64,000 bases of DNA from Acidobacteriota bacterium (GTDB lineage: Bacteria; Acidobacteriota; Thermoanaerobaculia; Multivoradales; UBA5704). A program made the translations under genes and the position numbers. The notes under the pieces are model-generated. The model was given only the letters and a program-made list of their open reading frames with translations. It did not search any database and was not told the origin of the DNA. Of the stretch, positions 1 to 9,673 are shown one piece after another (position 1 is the first letter of the stretch; every line of letters starts with the position of its first letter). Where the stretch lies: contig JBKPTH010000123.1 in NCBI GenBank assembly GCA_046765915.1, positions 1,713 through 65,712 of the forward strand. The letters run 5' to 3'.

Positions 1-516
1 ATCACGCCCGCAAAGGAGCCGCGCCTCGAACTCTGCGCGAAGCACGACCTCGCCTGGTACACCTGCGAGCTTGGGAGGCCGGATGAGGCCCTGGCCTTTC
101 TCGATCGCGCCCGCCCGCTCTACGCCTTGCACCAAGATAGCTACACTCAACTTCGCTTGCACTGGCTGGAGGGCAAGATCGCCTTCGCCCGCGGCGAGGT
201 GGACGAGGCGCAGAACGTCTTTGCCCGGCTCTGGGACGAGTTCCACGCCCGGGATCTGCATCAGGAAATGGTCCTGGTCGCGATCGACTTCGCCGAGGTG
301 CTCGCGATGAAAGGCGAGATCGAAGGAGCGGCCACCTTGGTGCGGGAGGTCCACACGATCATGGCCAACTGGAAGCTCCACCGCTACGCTTTGGCCGCGT
401 GGCTCTACTTCGAGCGGCTCTTGACCGAGGGCAGGTGGAGCCACGTCTTCGCAAAGCTCCGGATCTACTATCGGCGGCACTGGAACCGCGCGGAGGCGTT
501 CGAGGAAGTCGTCTAA
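1..516 (+). CDS. C-terminal part of a TPR-like helical-repeat protein (5' end outside window)
   Basis: Frame 1 is open from base 1 to TAA 514-516. Helical repeat-like segments (LAWYTCELGRPDEALAFLDRA, WLEGKIAFARGEVDEAQNVFARL) resemble TPR units. Confidence 0.4.
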   Translation: MTPAKEPRLELCAKHDLAWYTCELGRPDEALAFLDRARPLYALHQDSYTQLRLHWLEGKIAFARGEVDEAQNVFARLWDEFHARDLHQEMVLVAIDFAEVLAMKGEIEGAATLVREVHTIMANWKLHRYALAAWLYFERLLTEGRWSHVFAKLRIYYRRHWNRAEAFEEVV

Positions 517-542
517 GCCGAGAGCCGTGGCGGGCGTTTGGT

Positions 543-719
543 CTATGCGCCGACGAGCCGTAGCTCGAAGTCCCGGAGCCGCATGACCCGGAGCACGTAG
601 GTTTCGGCGAGAGCCGTTGCGGTCGCATAGTCCTCGACCGTGACCGGGAAGCTCTCTTCCTTGGTTTTGCCCTCGGCGTCCTTGTACTCCACCGAAGCGG
701 TGAAGCGGCGCACCTTCAT
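543..719 (-). CDS. Small hypothetical protein (58 aa)
   Basis: Internal ATG at 719 of ORF 543..740, preceded by GGAGGA at good spacing. No recognisable motif. Confidence 0.4.
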   Translation of the reverse strand: MKVRRFTASVEYKDAEGKTKEESFPVTVEDYATATALAETYVLRVMRLRDFELRLVGA

Positions 720-1002
720 GGGTCCTCCGGTGATATGCATTTCTAAGGCAGTTCATGATAGCAGGAGCCGATACATCCTCGTCGTCGCGGCTGTGCGTAG
801 CTGTGGGAATCCCGGGAGGGCGGAGGGCCGGGGGCCGGGATTTCCAACGGGTGTGGGAAGGTCCGGGGCGGGTGGATGGTGGCCGGAGCTTTCCACACCC
901 GGTCAGATTCCACAGCCGGGGTGGCGGGCTGCCAGTTATCCTGGGTCAACGAAAAGCCCCAACGGCGGTTGCCGTGGGGCCATGGGAATCAATATCCCTC
1001 CC

Positions 1003-1221
1003 TTAAGGAGGATGCTGGTGGGAAGAATCTGCAGGCCGCGCGAGGATCAGGTGTCCTGCCTTGACCTCGATCTCTATGGGATCGCCTTCGCGGAAACCGG
1101 CTCGCAGGAGCCACCGGCCGCGGAGACGGATCATGGGGACGCTCGCCCGTGCATCGAAGTATGAAGTCACCGTGGCTTTCCGGCTTTCGCGGACGGCGAC
1201 CTGCCGCGCCTCGTCTCTCAT
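1003..1221 (-). CDS. SymE/AbrB-fold-like small protein (72 aa)
   Basis: Segment PMIRLRGRWLLRAGFREGDPIEIEVKAGHLIL matches the SymE/SpoVT-AbrB swapped-hairpin pattern (L.G.WL..aGF..Gd.v.v....g.L.i). ATG 1221-1219 overlaps the TGA 1220-1218 of the upstream gene (ATGA coupling). Confidence 0.55.
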   Translation of the reverse strand: MRDEARQVAVRESRKATVTSYFDARASVPMIRLRGRWLLRAGFREGDPIEIEVKAGHLILARPADSSHQHPP

Positions 1222-1631
1222 GAGTCGACCTCTCTTAGCTCCTGCTCGATCTGTAGGGCGAGGCGCCCGACCTCGGGGGCGAGCGTCGCGGCGAGGCGCG
1301 AGAGCGCGGCATCCGCGCGGGAGAGCTCGGAAGCCTTTTGCGCGCCCACGGTCGCGAGGAAGCCTTCGAGGAAGCGGAGATCGCGAGCGGCGCCTTGAAG
1401 TTCGGCCATGATCGGTGATTCCGTCCAGGTCGGCCAGTCCTCGGCGGAGAGCATGAGGTCGAAGAAGAGGTTGCCGATGAAGCGGAAGGCGTCGGCGGCG
1501 CCGGGCGGGGTGAGCCAGACGAGGAAGGTCTCGCGGAAGACGCAGAGCGCCTCCCATTCGCGGGGTAAGGCAGTGGGCGGTGGTGATGCTACCGGGGCGG
1601 GCGGGGTAAACTTCGCGACTAGCTCGGGCAT
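1218..1631 (-). CDS. Hypothetical protein (137 aa), translationally coupled to the SymE-like gene
   Basis: Clean ORF with non-repetitive, helical-looking sequence. Its stop overlaps the downstream start. Confidence 0.5.
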   Translation of the reverse strand: MPELVAKFTPPAPVASPPPTALPREWEALCVFRETFLVWLTPPGAADAFRFIGNLFFDLMLSAEDWPTWTESPIMAELQGAARDLRFLEGFLATVGAQKASELSRADAALSRLAATLAPEVGRLALQIEQELREVDS

Positions 1632-1953
1632 GGGGTTCCTCCTTGCTCGGGTCAGGCTCCGTGAGAGGCCACACCTCTCCCGGAGCCGGTTTGTTTATGT
1701 GTTCACTTGTCGATGGACAAGGCCGGGCCGCCGGGTAGCTCCTGCTACGCAGCGGCCCGGCGATCCCTTTCCGTGTCGGACCCTTGGGTCCCGTTTTCCA
1801 TTCCTATCGCCTCATCGTCGTCTTCCTCTCCTTTGCTCCTTGGTTAGCCATGGAGGGACTCTTGCCTCTTCCATGGATCCCGCCTCCATGGCGGAATGTG
1901 AAAGTTGGGAACGCGCTGAAGTGCGCGTGAGATGTGGGATGAAGAGATGGCTT

Positions 1954-2901
1954 CTACAAGCTCGGGGACATTTGCTCAGGGACACTCGCGGCCCAGGAGA
2001 CGGTCGCGTACCGCGCGAGCTGGGCGATCGTGCGATCCGCAAAGCCCTCGCCTACGAGGACGAAGCCCTCATAGAGCGAGAGGGCGCCCACGATCGCCTC
2101 TTCCTGCTCCGAGGAGAGCGAACCGTCGAAGAGGCCGAGTACGGAGGTCACTCCGGCTTCGGAGAGCCGAAGCACGCCCTCGATCTCGGGGGTGAGATAA
2201 AGCGGGCCGGTCTCTTCGCTGACCTCCAAGAGACGATGCAGGTTGAAAACCTCGAGCCCGGCGTGGAACTTAGGCGGGAAGAGATAGCGCGGAGTCTCGT
2301 TCTCTAGGGCAAGACCGACGTAGGCGAGAAGCTCCCCGCGGGCGCTATGGACCGGGATCGCGAGCCTGCCTTTGAGGAGTCCGCGCGCGCAGTACCCCGC
2401 GCCGAAGCGCTCCAGTGTCTCTGTCCCGAATCCAAGCGCCGCAAGGCTCTCGTGGTTCGGGTCAAGGGTCTTCAAGGTGAAGGCGAGGGGTAGGTTTGAG
2501 GTGGGCAAAGTCTCTTGCGCCGCCGGCGGGACTTCGGGGGAAGCGGCTCGTGCCTCGGCCGGTGCGGCGAGACCTTCGGCATGCTGCTTTTCTTTTTCCT
2601 CCACGAGCCCCAGCTCGAACCAGGAATCGATCTTCAGGGCAGCGGTACGGATGGTCACGCCCTCCTTCTTCGCAACGAAATCCAGGATGTTCCCGCCAGC
2701 CTTGCACCCGAAGCAGTACCAGGCATTCTTCACGAGGTTCACCTGGAACTGGCGCCCGGATGCGCCCTTGCAGAAAGGGCACGGCCCCGCGAGGTTCATG
2801 CCCTTGCGGGTCAAGCCGTCGAGTAGCTCGTAGCGGGAGAGAATCGCTTCCAGGGACACCGCGCGCTTCACCTCCGCAAACGGTATGAAACCTTTTTGCA
2901 T
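1954..2901 (-). CDS. DNA primase, CHC2 zinc finger plus Toprim-like catalytic core (phage/plasmid type)
   Basis: CPFCKGASGRQFQVNLVKNAWYCFGCKAGGNILDFV is a canonical DnaG-type CHC2 zinc finger. The C-terminal part has a Toprim-like layout (RLAIPVHSARGELLAYVG..., LYLTPEIEGVLRL...VLGLFDG). Confidence 0.85.
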   Translation of the reverse strand: MQKGFIPFAEVKRAVSLEAILSRYELLDGLTRKGMNLAGPCPFCKGASGRQFQVNLVKNAWYCFGCKAGGNILDFVAKKEGVTIRTAALKIDSWFELGLVEEKEKQHAEGLAAPAEARAASPEVPPAAQETLPTSNLPLAFTLKTLDPNHESLAALGFGTETLERFGAGYCARGLLKGRLAIPVHSARGELLAYVGLALENETPRYLFPPKFHAGLEVFNLHRLLEVSEETGPLYLTPEIEGVLRLSEAGVTSVLGLFDGSLSSEQEEAIVGALSLYEGFVLVGEGFADRTIAQLARYATVSWAASVPEQMSPSL

Positions 2902-3016
2902 CGCATTCTCCTTTTCAGTTTTGAGGGTTCTGCGACTCAGGATAGAGGCGCGGACAAAGACGCAAAAGGCGGCTCCGGGAGCCGCCTTGCGTGACTCTGA
3001 CTTTGCGGCGCGGCTC

Positions 3017-3517
3017 CTACTTCATCGCGTAGGTCACCGCCAGGGCCAGGGCGTCGAAGGTCGCCATGCGCTCATCCTCGCTCTGGTAGATCTTGCGGCG
3101 CTTCGGCATTTTCGCGGCGAGTTCCGGAAAGGTCTCGGCGAGGTGCTCTGTGATCGAATATTTCGTGGCGCGCCTGTCCAGGGAGGAGAAGCACTCGATG
3201 ACCGCAAGCCGGGGGATGGCGTGTACCGCAATGCCGCGGGTGCGGGCGGTCTCTTGAAGCTTCCCCAAGAGCTTCCGCACCCGCGGCCGGCGGCGCGAGC
3301 CGGGGGCCGCAGAGTCTTCAAGGACGACGACATCCGGCCGGAACTGATCGAGGAGCACCTCAAAGCGGATAACGGCTCCGGAGTTCTTCTCGCCGGATAC
3401 ATGGGCGAGGTCCCAGTCTACTAGGCGAAACGGAGTTTCGAGGACGGCGTAGCCGAAGCCCTTGGTCGTGGGGTCCAAGGCGAAGATGCGAGTGGGGTCG
3501 TTGGGAACCTGTGACAT
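3017..3517 (-). CDS. RuvC-like (RNase H fold) nuclease, paralog 1
   Basis: IFALDPTTKGFGYAVLE (first Asp strand), VVVLED (acidic strand) and C-terminal ATFDALALAVTYA (RuvC DAxDALAxA-like helix). Clearly alignable with 14940..15449. Confidence 0.6.
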   Translation of the reverse strand: MSQVPNDPTRIFALDPTTKGFGYAVLETPFRLVDWDLAHVSGEKNSGAVIRFEVLLDQFRPDVVVLEDSAAPGSRRRPRVRKLLGKLQETARTRGIAVHAIPRLAVIECFSSLDRRATKYSITEHLAETFPELAAKMPKRRKIYQSEDERMATFDALALAVTYAMK

Positions 3518-4047
3518 GGTAAAAGGTTTTGTGTGGTTAGTGATGAACTGCGGTCTACAAAAAGAGCGCGGCTGGGGACCCGCGCGGATGTCGGGAGGAG
3601 TATTGAAAAGCTCGCGCGGATCTCTCTCATGGCGGCTCTCACGCTATCGCCATCGCCGCAAGAAAAAAGACGGCAAAAGTTGCCGCCTTGGCTAAGAAAT
3701 CGGTTTTATGCCTGATGCACCAAGGGTGCTCCGCGCAGGGAAAAATCGAAGCACGCGGCGATGGGCGCCTTTTGTGCACCGTCCGAGGGAAGTACGCTCT
3801 TCCCCATGTCGAATGCCGCCCACAATGCGGGGCTTGAAGAGGTCCCGCTAGAACACCGGGACGGAGACATCGCGGCGCCTAAAAACACGCCTGCGAGTTT
3901 GGGCTACGCTTACAAAGCCGAAGACGTGAAACCGCGTACATTGCCACAGGAGACAATAACGGCCTGCCTTGGCCTGGGGCGGATTTTGCGCGAGATACGT
4001 GCACGTATGTTGCGCGAGGGGTACAATATGCCTAAAGAAGAACTTCC

Positions 4048-5808
4048 ATGAGTAACCCACAGGTTACGGCAGAGGAGATAGTCCGTAAAATAGAGAGCGG
4101 CACGTACCGCGACTCGTATCTCGTATACAACCGCAAGAGCACGGATGAGCCCGATAACCAGAAAAATTCGATCAAGTATCAGAAGTCGCAGAACGCGCTT
4201 TTTGCATACCGCGAGCATCTGCCGGTAGCTTCCCTGACGCTCGAAGGATTCTCGCGGGACGGTATCGTCTCGGAGCGTCACTCCGGCTTCAAGGAAGATA
4301 CGGCGCTTCAATTCGGCGAGGGCAACACCGTCCAATTCCGCATCGAGCGGCCGAAGTTCCATCGCCTCGTGCAGTGGTTGGGGATGGGCTACTTCAAGGG
4401 CGCCATCTTCCTTTGCTGGGATAGGGCCAGTCGGAACCGCGGCGACGATACGATCCTCAGGAAGCTCATGAAGCAAGGCGTAGACATACGCTTTGTCTCG
4501 ACCACCTACGAAAAGTCCAGCTCCGGCGAACTCCACATGGACATCGACGGGATGTTCGCCGCGCACTACGCCCGCGTGACTGGCGAGAAGATCGCCATGA
4601 CGCTCCGCAGTAAGCGTGACCAAGGCGTCTGCACCTACCGGGCGCCCGCGGGCTACCTGAACCAGGGCCAGATGGAGCACAAGCCGATCGACCCGGAACG
4701 GGCCCCCGTCGTGAAGAAGCTCTTCGAGCTGTACGCTACCGGGCGCTGGAGCTTGATCGGTCTCACCCGTTGGGTGGTAGACCAGGGGTTTACCATGCCT
4801 CCGGTGCGTCGCCGGAGAACGCAGGCGGAAGTTCTAGCCGAAGAGGAAGATGATACCCGCGCAGCGATTGAGCCCGTCTCTCGGCCGCCGACGTATACCA
4901 ACATCCACAAGATACTCGTAAACCGCTTCTACGTAGGCGAGGTGCGCGGCAATGGCGGGACGTGGATAAAGAGCACGAGCCATGAGGCCCTGATCCCGGA
5001 GGATCTCTTCAACCGGGTCCAGGCGGAACTCCGAAAGAAGAACAAGAGCGCTCACTATGCGAACGTGCTCGACTACCCGCTCCGGGCGATGGTCCGCTGC
5101 GGCCTCTGCGGACGAGTCTACACTCCCTACCCGAAGAAGGGAATCATATACTACGGCGCGCGGTGCAGCGCGGGCTGCGCCAACCCGAAGCGGAGCTTCA
5201 ATTTCAAGTTCATTACCGACAAGATCGGGGACCGGATCGCCAAGCTATCCTTCACGGACGAGGAGCTTGAGGAGCTGGACGCTCAGACCAGCACAGACAT
5301 TGCGCTCTTGGAGGCAAAGCGCCTTCAGGAGCTAGAGGCTAATGAACGGAAGAAAAAGAGAATCCGCGAGGACTTGGCCTACCTGAACGCCAACCGCCTT
5401 ACGCTCTTGAAGACTGGCGCCTATACGCCGGAGACGATTGTCGCCGAGGAGACAAGGCTTAGCCTGGAACTCTCCACCTTAGAGAATTTGGAGAAGGCAT
5501 CCGATATCGCGATGCAGGAGACGGTCAGAGACGTGGTGAAACTTTCCGAACTCTTAAGAGACGTTTATTTCTATTACCAAAACGCCGATCCGCAGGAAAA
5601 AGAGGCAATTACCAAGGAGGTCTTTTCCGAACTCACTGTCCAAGGAGAAACGTTGGATTACAAATGCACGCGAGGCTTTCAACCTCTGGCAAGCCGTTTT
5701 GTCTCTCAGGGTGGACCTAAGGCTTGGCTTTCCGAACTGCTATTACAACGAGAGTATATAGCAGCCAGCATACAGAGGTTGGCTCCCTTCGTGGCAAATG
5801 CCGACTAG
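4048..5808 (+). CDS. Large serine recombinase
   Basis: N-terminal resolvase-type motif YLVYNRKSTDE (catalytic Ser). Recombinase domain, zinc-ribbon VRCGLCGRVYTP...YYGARCSAGC, then a long coiled-coil-like region. Confidence 0.9.
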   Translation: MSNPQVTAEEIVRKIESGTYRDSYLVYNRKSTDEPDNQKNSIKYQKSQNALFAYREHLPVASLTLEGFSRDGIVSERHSGFKEDTALQFGEGNTVQFRIERPKFHRLVQWLGMGYFKGAIFLCWDRASRNRGDDTILRKLMKQGVDIRFVSTTYEKSSSGELHMDIDGMFAAHYARVTGEKIAMTLRSKRDQGVCTYRAPAGYLNQGQMEHKPIDPERAPVVKKLFELYATGRWSLIGLTRWVVDQGFTMPPVRRRRTQAEVLAEEEDDTRAAIEPVSRPPTYTNIHKILVNRFYVGEVRGNGGTWIKSTSHEALIPEDLFNRVQAELRKKNKSAHYANVLDYPLRAMVRCGLCGRVYTPYPKKGIIYYGARCSAGCANPKRSFNFKFITDKIGDRIAKLSFTDEELEELDAQTSTDIALLEAKRLQELEANERKKKRIREDLAYLNANRLTLLKTGAYTPETIVAEETRLSLELSTLENLEKASDIAMQETVRDVVKLSELLRDVYFYYQNADPQEKEAITKEVFSELTVQGETLDYKCTRGFQPLASRFVSQGGPKAWLSELLLQREYIAASIQRLAPFVANAD

Positions 5809-5833
5809 AAGGGTGCTGCATGTCGATAGATCA

Positions 5834-6370
5834 TCACTGGCCGACCCTGAAGCCCATCCCGCCGCGGGCTGATTCCTGCGGCTGGGCCATTAGGATCTGG
5901 ATCACCTCGAAGATGGCTTTGAAGTGGGCGTCGTAACGCCGTTCCATCTCTTCGACCTTTGCCGCCAGCTCTCGGTTCGTCGCCAGGATTTCCCGGAGGC
6001 GCACGAAGGCCCGCATGATGGCGATATTGACCTTGACCGCCCGCGGGCTCTTGAGGACCGAGGAGAGCATAGCGACGCCCTCCTGGGTGAAGACGTAGGG
6101 CAGATAACGGCGACCGCCCCGGCTCTCGCCGTTTGAGGTGCCAATTTGGAACCTCAAAGCCCGGGCCTCGGCCGGGGTGAGCTGGAACATGAAGTCGGAG
6201 GGGAAGCGTTCCAAGTTGCGCCTTACGGCTCTGTTGAGCTGCTTGGTCTCGATGCCGTAGAGAATTGCGAGGTCGCTGTCGAGCATCACCTTCTGCCTGC
6301 GTAGGAGGTAGATCTTGCGTTCAATGACCGCTGGCGGCAATGGACCATCGTCGCGCTTGGCTTTTGGCAT
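5834..6370 (-). CDS. ORF6N (KilA-N-like) DNA-binding domain protein
   Basis: IERKIYLLRRQKVMLDSDLAILYGIETKQLNRAVRRNLERFPSDFMFQLT...YLPYVFTEQGVAMLSSVL-type sequence is typical of the ORF6N domain. Confidence 0.8.
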   Translation of the reverse strand: MPKAKRDDGPLPPAVIERKIYLLRRQKVMLDSDLAILYGIETKQLNRAVRRNLERFPSDFMFQLTPAEARALRFQIGTSNGESRGGRRYLPYVFTQEGVAMLSSVLKSPRAVKVNIAIMRAFVRLREILATNRELAAKVEEMERRYDAHFKAIFEVIQILMAQPQESARGGMGFRVGQ

Positions 6371-6462
6371 AACCCAAGCGTACTCGGCATATGAACAGGG
6401 TCAAGGAGGAACTTGATGCAGCCTTGACGGTGGTGCCGCCCGTCGGCACTATGTGAGACATC

Positions 6463-6882
6463 TCACCTGAACTTTTTATCAAGCAAGGACGGATCGATGT
6501 AGGGCATCTGTCCGCTTCCCAGCACGAAGACGCACTTGCCATTTGGCCTGCACAGCAGTTCCGCGCCTTGAACATGCATGGGGCACCAAGAACTACAGTC
6601 AAACCAAAGCGAAGATACCTTCTTGCAGCTGCACCAGACGGCGTAAACATCATATGCTACGCCCTTGCCACTTACCAATCTTCGCAACACTTGGGCGTGC
6701 CCAACGATCTCCTTTGCTCCAGCCTTGCCACAAGCAGGACATTTGAAACGGAACGCTATGTGCTCCTGAGCCTCGCCTTCCTTATTGGTAGCAAGTGCCG
6801 CTCCTGGATGTCCTGCCTCGTAGCCACCAAGCCACGATAGTCTTGCATTCAGGGTCAATCGCAACCAATTCCTGATTCCCAT
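6463..6882 (-). CDS. Cys-rich hypothetical protein (139 aa), last gene of the TPR-CHAT operon
   Basis: ATG at 6882 lies 4 nt after the CHAT gene stop (6887-6889). Contains CPAC plus several further Cys (WCSC, CSSWC). AT-richer composition like its neighbours. Confidence 0.5.
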   Translation of the reverse strand: MGIRNWLRLTLNARLSWLGGYEAGHPGAALATNKEGEAQEHIAFRFKCPACGKAGAKEIVGHAQVLRRLVSGKGVAYDVYAVWCSCKKVSSLWFDCSSWCPMHVQGAELLCRPNGKCVFVLGSGQMPYIDPSLLDKKFR

Positions 6883-6886
6883 AGAC

Positions 6887-9637
6887 TCACCTTGCACCTG
6901 AGGAAATAAACGCACCCCAGAAAAACGGGTGGGATATCTTCTCTATCTCTCCTGCCACCCCCTCGCGCCTAAGAACACTCCTTTGAGCCTCGTTCAATGC
7001 CCGCGCCCTAGTCATGTGCGGCTTAAGCAGGTTTGAGTACGCCAATGGTTTGATAACCGAAGACGCCAAGTCGTCCACAATCCATAGGCTCGACCACACC
7101 GTCGCCGCGCCCGCATATAAAGGCCCGCTGGCCAACGTAATCCATTCGTCACCTATATCAGGGAAATGAAAAGCCGTCTCGCATGTATCGCCATCCCATA
7201 AAAAACATTCAGGTAGCTCTAGTTTCGTAAACTGCTCTTTTAGAGTTAACTTCTCATCGCCAGAGAGTTTAATATGGGCTTCCTCAGCAACTCCGCTCAC
7301 CGAATGCCCGGTGACAAGTACAACCTCTGCTCTGCGAGCCTCCTCTAAGAAATCACTCTTAAGGGCTGGCCTTTGTCGTGAGGGACCGAGAACCACATGC
7401 TCTGGAAACATCCTGGATATAACTTGCACCTCCTTCTCGGCGAAGGCAAGATCCCCAGTAGGGTTCTCAACGGCAAGTAGCCTTTTGGGCCGATCACATC
7501 GAGACCGTTTCTCGCAGAGTGCGAAAATTGATGCACTCGGAGCATAAGAAATCTGTTCAAATTGTTCTATTAGGAACGCCTTGCTAGAACCTGATCGCTT
7601 AATCATTGCATGCAATGGAAATAGGTGAAAGGCTCGATGCGGCACGAAAACAAGCCGGTTGCAGTCTCTCGGCAGCAAATGTCTCAAAGGCTGAAACAGT
7701 CCCTCATAAAGTTCTTCTAGAATATCTTCCATTAGATGAAGCCAGTACTCCTCGTTTTCCCCAGTCAAGCGGAACTTTTGATATTCCTCACACCAATTGC
7801 CGAAGAGAGCCCGAATTCGTGAAGGGGTAAGATTAGACAATTCAACCCCCTGAACCCCGTTGAGTGAGGAAATACAGACTGCTGACGCAATATCCTTGCC
7901 TTCGTACAACTCTATGAGTGCAGTAGAATCTGCGAGGGCCGTTTTAAGCTCGTCCACACGCACGCACTCTACTCGAACCATGGCGGAGAACTCGGGGTCG
8001 TATAGGCGAACCTCGTCAACTATACTGTTGAATTCCTCGATCGCACTGCGGTGTTCGATCGATCTGGCAACAGCTACTTTCTCCTCCCTATTTTCGGCCA
8101 CCTCCGGCCAAGCTTCGAGTTCCCTGACCCGTTTCTGCGCTCTTCTATAACGCTCGAAGAGTTCGGATGGCACAGCTCTGCTAACCATGTGCTCTTCTTC
8201 GCGCAATAATCGAATGAGCGTGCGAGCCTTGGAACGCTCAGTGTATTCGAAAACCTCGCCATAGTCGCGTTTTGGTATTAGTACCCTCTCAATAAGGTGC
8301 TCATAAGGAGACGGCATGTTTCTGAAAATATTGATCTTCTGCTGTCTACTTCCAGTAATTACCTCGCTGAAATGCTCCAGCCTATCAATGGCCTTCTTGA
8401 GGTACTCCTCTCCCGATCCTCGATTTCCCTCTTCAATATAGACAACTCCTAATAGTGCAAGGCACATAGACAAGCCCTGCTTGTCATTATTATTCTCCAA
8501 GATCTCCACCGCTTCCTGATATTCGAGAACCGCCTTGCTAAGCTGCCTTGTAGAATGATAAATACTCCCTAGGCCTAATCGACAACGAACTCGCAAGAAG
8601 TCGCGGAATCTCTGCGGGCTGGCTAAGCTCTCGATCAGTGACATGGCGCGATTGTAGGTGGCTGAGGCTTCTTCATACTCCGCCAAGGACTCCTTGATTT
8701 CCGCGATGCTACACAGGCACTGCACTGTCGCAATGCGATGACCATCCTCTTCAGCTATAACCAGTGCCTGACGAAAAAACCAAAGAGCTTGCTTGTTATC
8801 CTCTAATCGCTGATAGATGATGGCTAAAGAAAAAAGGGTTGACTCGATATGCTCGCGCGAATTAATTTGCTTCGCAAGCCGCAATGAATCTAGATGATAG
8901 CTTGCGGCCTGTTGGATATCGTCATAGACCCAATAAATACCTGCAATTAAGTGTGAACATGTTAGAGCACTTGAATGGTCTTCTAGAAGTTTGTGTATCT
9001 GGAGAGATTTATGCAAGTGGTCAAGCGATAAGACGTAGTCATGCGCCGACTGGTAGAGATTTCCTAGAGAGAAATGGGCCATCGCTGCTCCCTTCTGGTC
9101 ATTGATCTGAAGGAAGACTTCGAGGGCTTGTTCATAGAAGGGAACAGCCTCACTGAAGAGCCCTTGGTAGCGATGGCAGCCACCAACTGCCAAGAGACAA
9201 ATGGCGACTTTATGGAAGTTCTGCTGAAGCCGATAGCGCCTCAAGGACTCTTGATAGAGTGCCAACGCTTGGCTGAGGTTCCCTTGTGCAGTCGCAACTA
9301 GAGCCATGTCGTAGACGATGTCACTTAGTATGGTGTGGCTGGTGTCCATCGCCTTAAAAGCCTTGAAGGCTTCTTGATAGTGGTGGAATGCCATTTCTTG
9401 ATTCGATAGGTTTCGATGGCAGACAGCGATTCCGAGGAGACAGAGAGCAATATTCTTGTTCTTTTCCAGAGGGAGACCCGATTCCAGGGTTCTCTGATAA
9501 TTATTCAGGGCTCTCGCCCAATCCCCCTTAGAATGTGCTGCGAGCGCAAGTTGGAAGTATTTCTCAACTGATGCCGCAGTAAGGGAAGCATGCAGGTTTC
9601 TGTATAATTTTTCCAGAAAACCAAAAATGCCAGCCAT
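6887..9637 (-). CDS. TPR-repeat / CHAT-domain (caspase-like) protease, 916 aa
   Basis: The N-terminal ~450 aa consist of repeated 34-40-aa TPR-like units (e.g. ALCLLGIAVCHRNLSNQEMAFHHYQEAFKAF). The C-terminal CHAT-like region has candidate His (VVLVTGHSVSG) and Cys (WDGDTCETAF) dyad residues. Confidence 0.85.
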   Translation of the reverse strand: MAGIFGFLEKLYRNLHASLTAASVEKYFQLALAAHSKGDWARALNNYQRTLESGLPLEKNKNIALCLLGIAVCHRNLSNQEMAFHHYQEAFKAFKAMDTSHTILSDIVYDMALVATAQGNLSQALALYQESLRRYRLQQNFHKVAICLLAVGGCHRYQGLFSEAVPFYEQALEVFLQINDQKGAAMAHFSLGNLYQSAHDYVLSLDHLHKSLQIHKLLEDHSSALTCSHLIAGIYWVYDDIQQAASYHLDSLRLAKQINSREHIESTLFSLAIIYQRLEDNKQALWFFRQALVIAEEDGHRIATVQCLCSIAEIKESLAEYEEASATYNRAMSLIESLASPQRFRDFLRVRCRLGLGSIYHSTRQLSKAVLEYQEAVEILENNNDKQGLSMCLALLGVVYIEEGNRGSGEEYLKKAIDRLEHFSEVITGSRQQKINIFRNMPSPYEHLIERVLIPKRDYGEVFEYTERSKARTLIRLLREEEHMVSRAVPSELFERYRRAQKRVRELEAWPEVAENREEKVAVARSIEHRSAIEEFNSIVDEVRLYDPEFSAMVRVECVRVDELKTALADSTALIELYEGKDIASAVCISSLNGVQGVELSNLTPSRIRALFGNWCEEYQKFRLTGENEEYWLHLMEDILEELYEGLFQPLRHLLPRDCNRLVFVPHRAFHLFPLHAMIKRSGSSKAFLIEQFEQISYAPSASIFALCEKRSRCDRPKRLLAVENPTGDLAFAEKEVQVISRMFPEHVVLGPSRQRPALKSDFLEEARRAEVVLVTGHSVSGVAEEAHIKLSGDEKLTLKEQFTKLELPECFLWDGDTCETAFHFPDIGDEWITLASGPLYAGAATVWSSLWIVDDLASSVIKPLAYSNLLKPHMTRARALNEAQRSVLRREGVAGEIEKISHPFFWGAFISSGAR

Positions 9638-9673
9638 TATAATTCTCTTTAAGTTGCTATGATGGAATGGGCT

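Noticed and set aside
3662-3685. Short hairpin cggcaa-aag-ttgccg preceded by an A-tract (a minus-strand terminator-like signal) in the 530-bp gap upstream of the first recombinase
   Set aside because: The stem is only 6 bp and there is no credible minus-strand gene upstream of it (ORF 3706..3888 looks spurious). It could belong to an sRNA or an att region, but that is unsupported.
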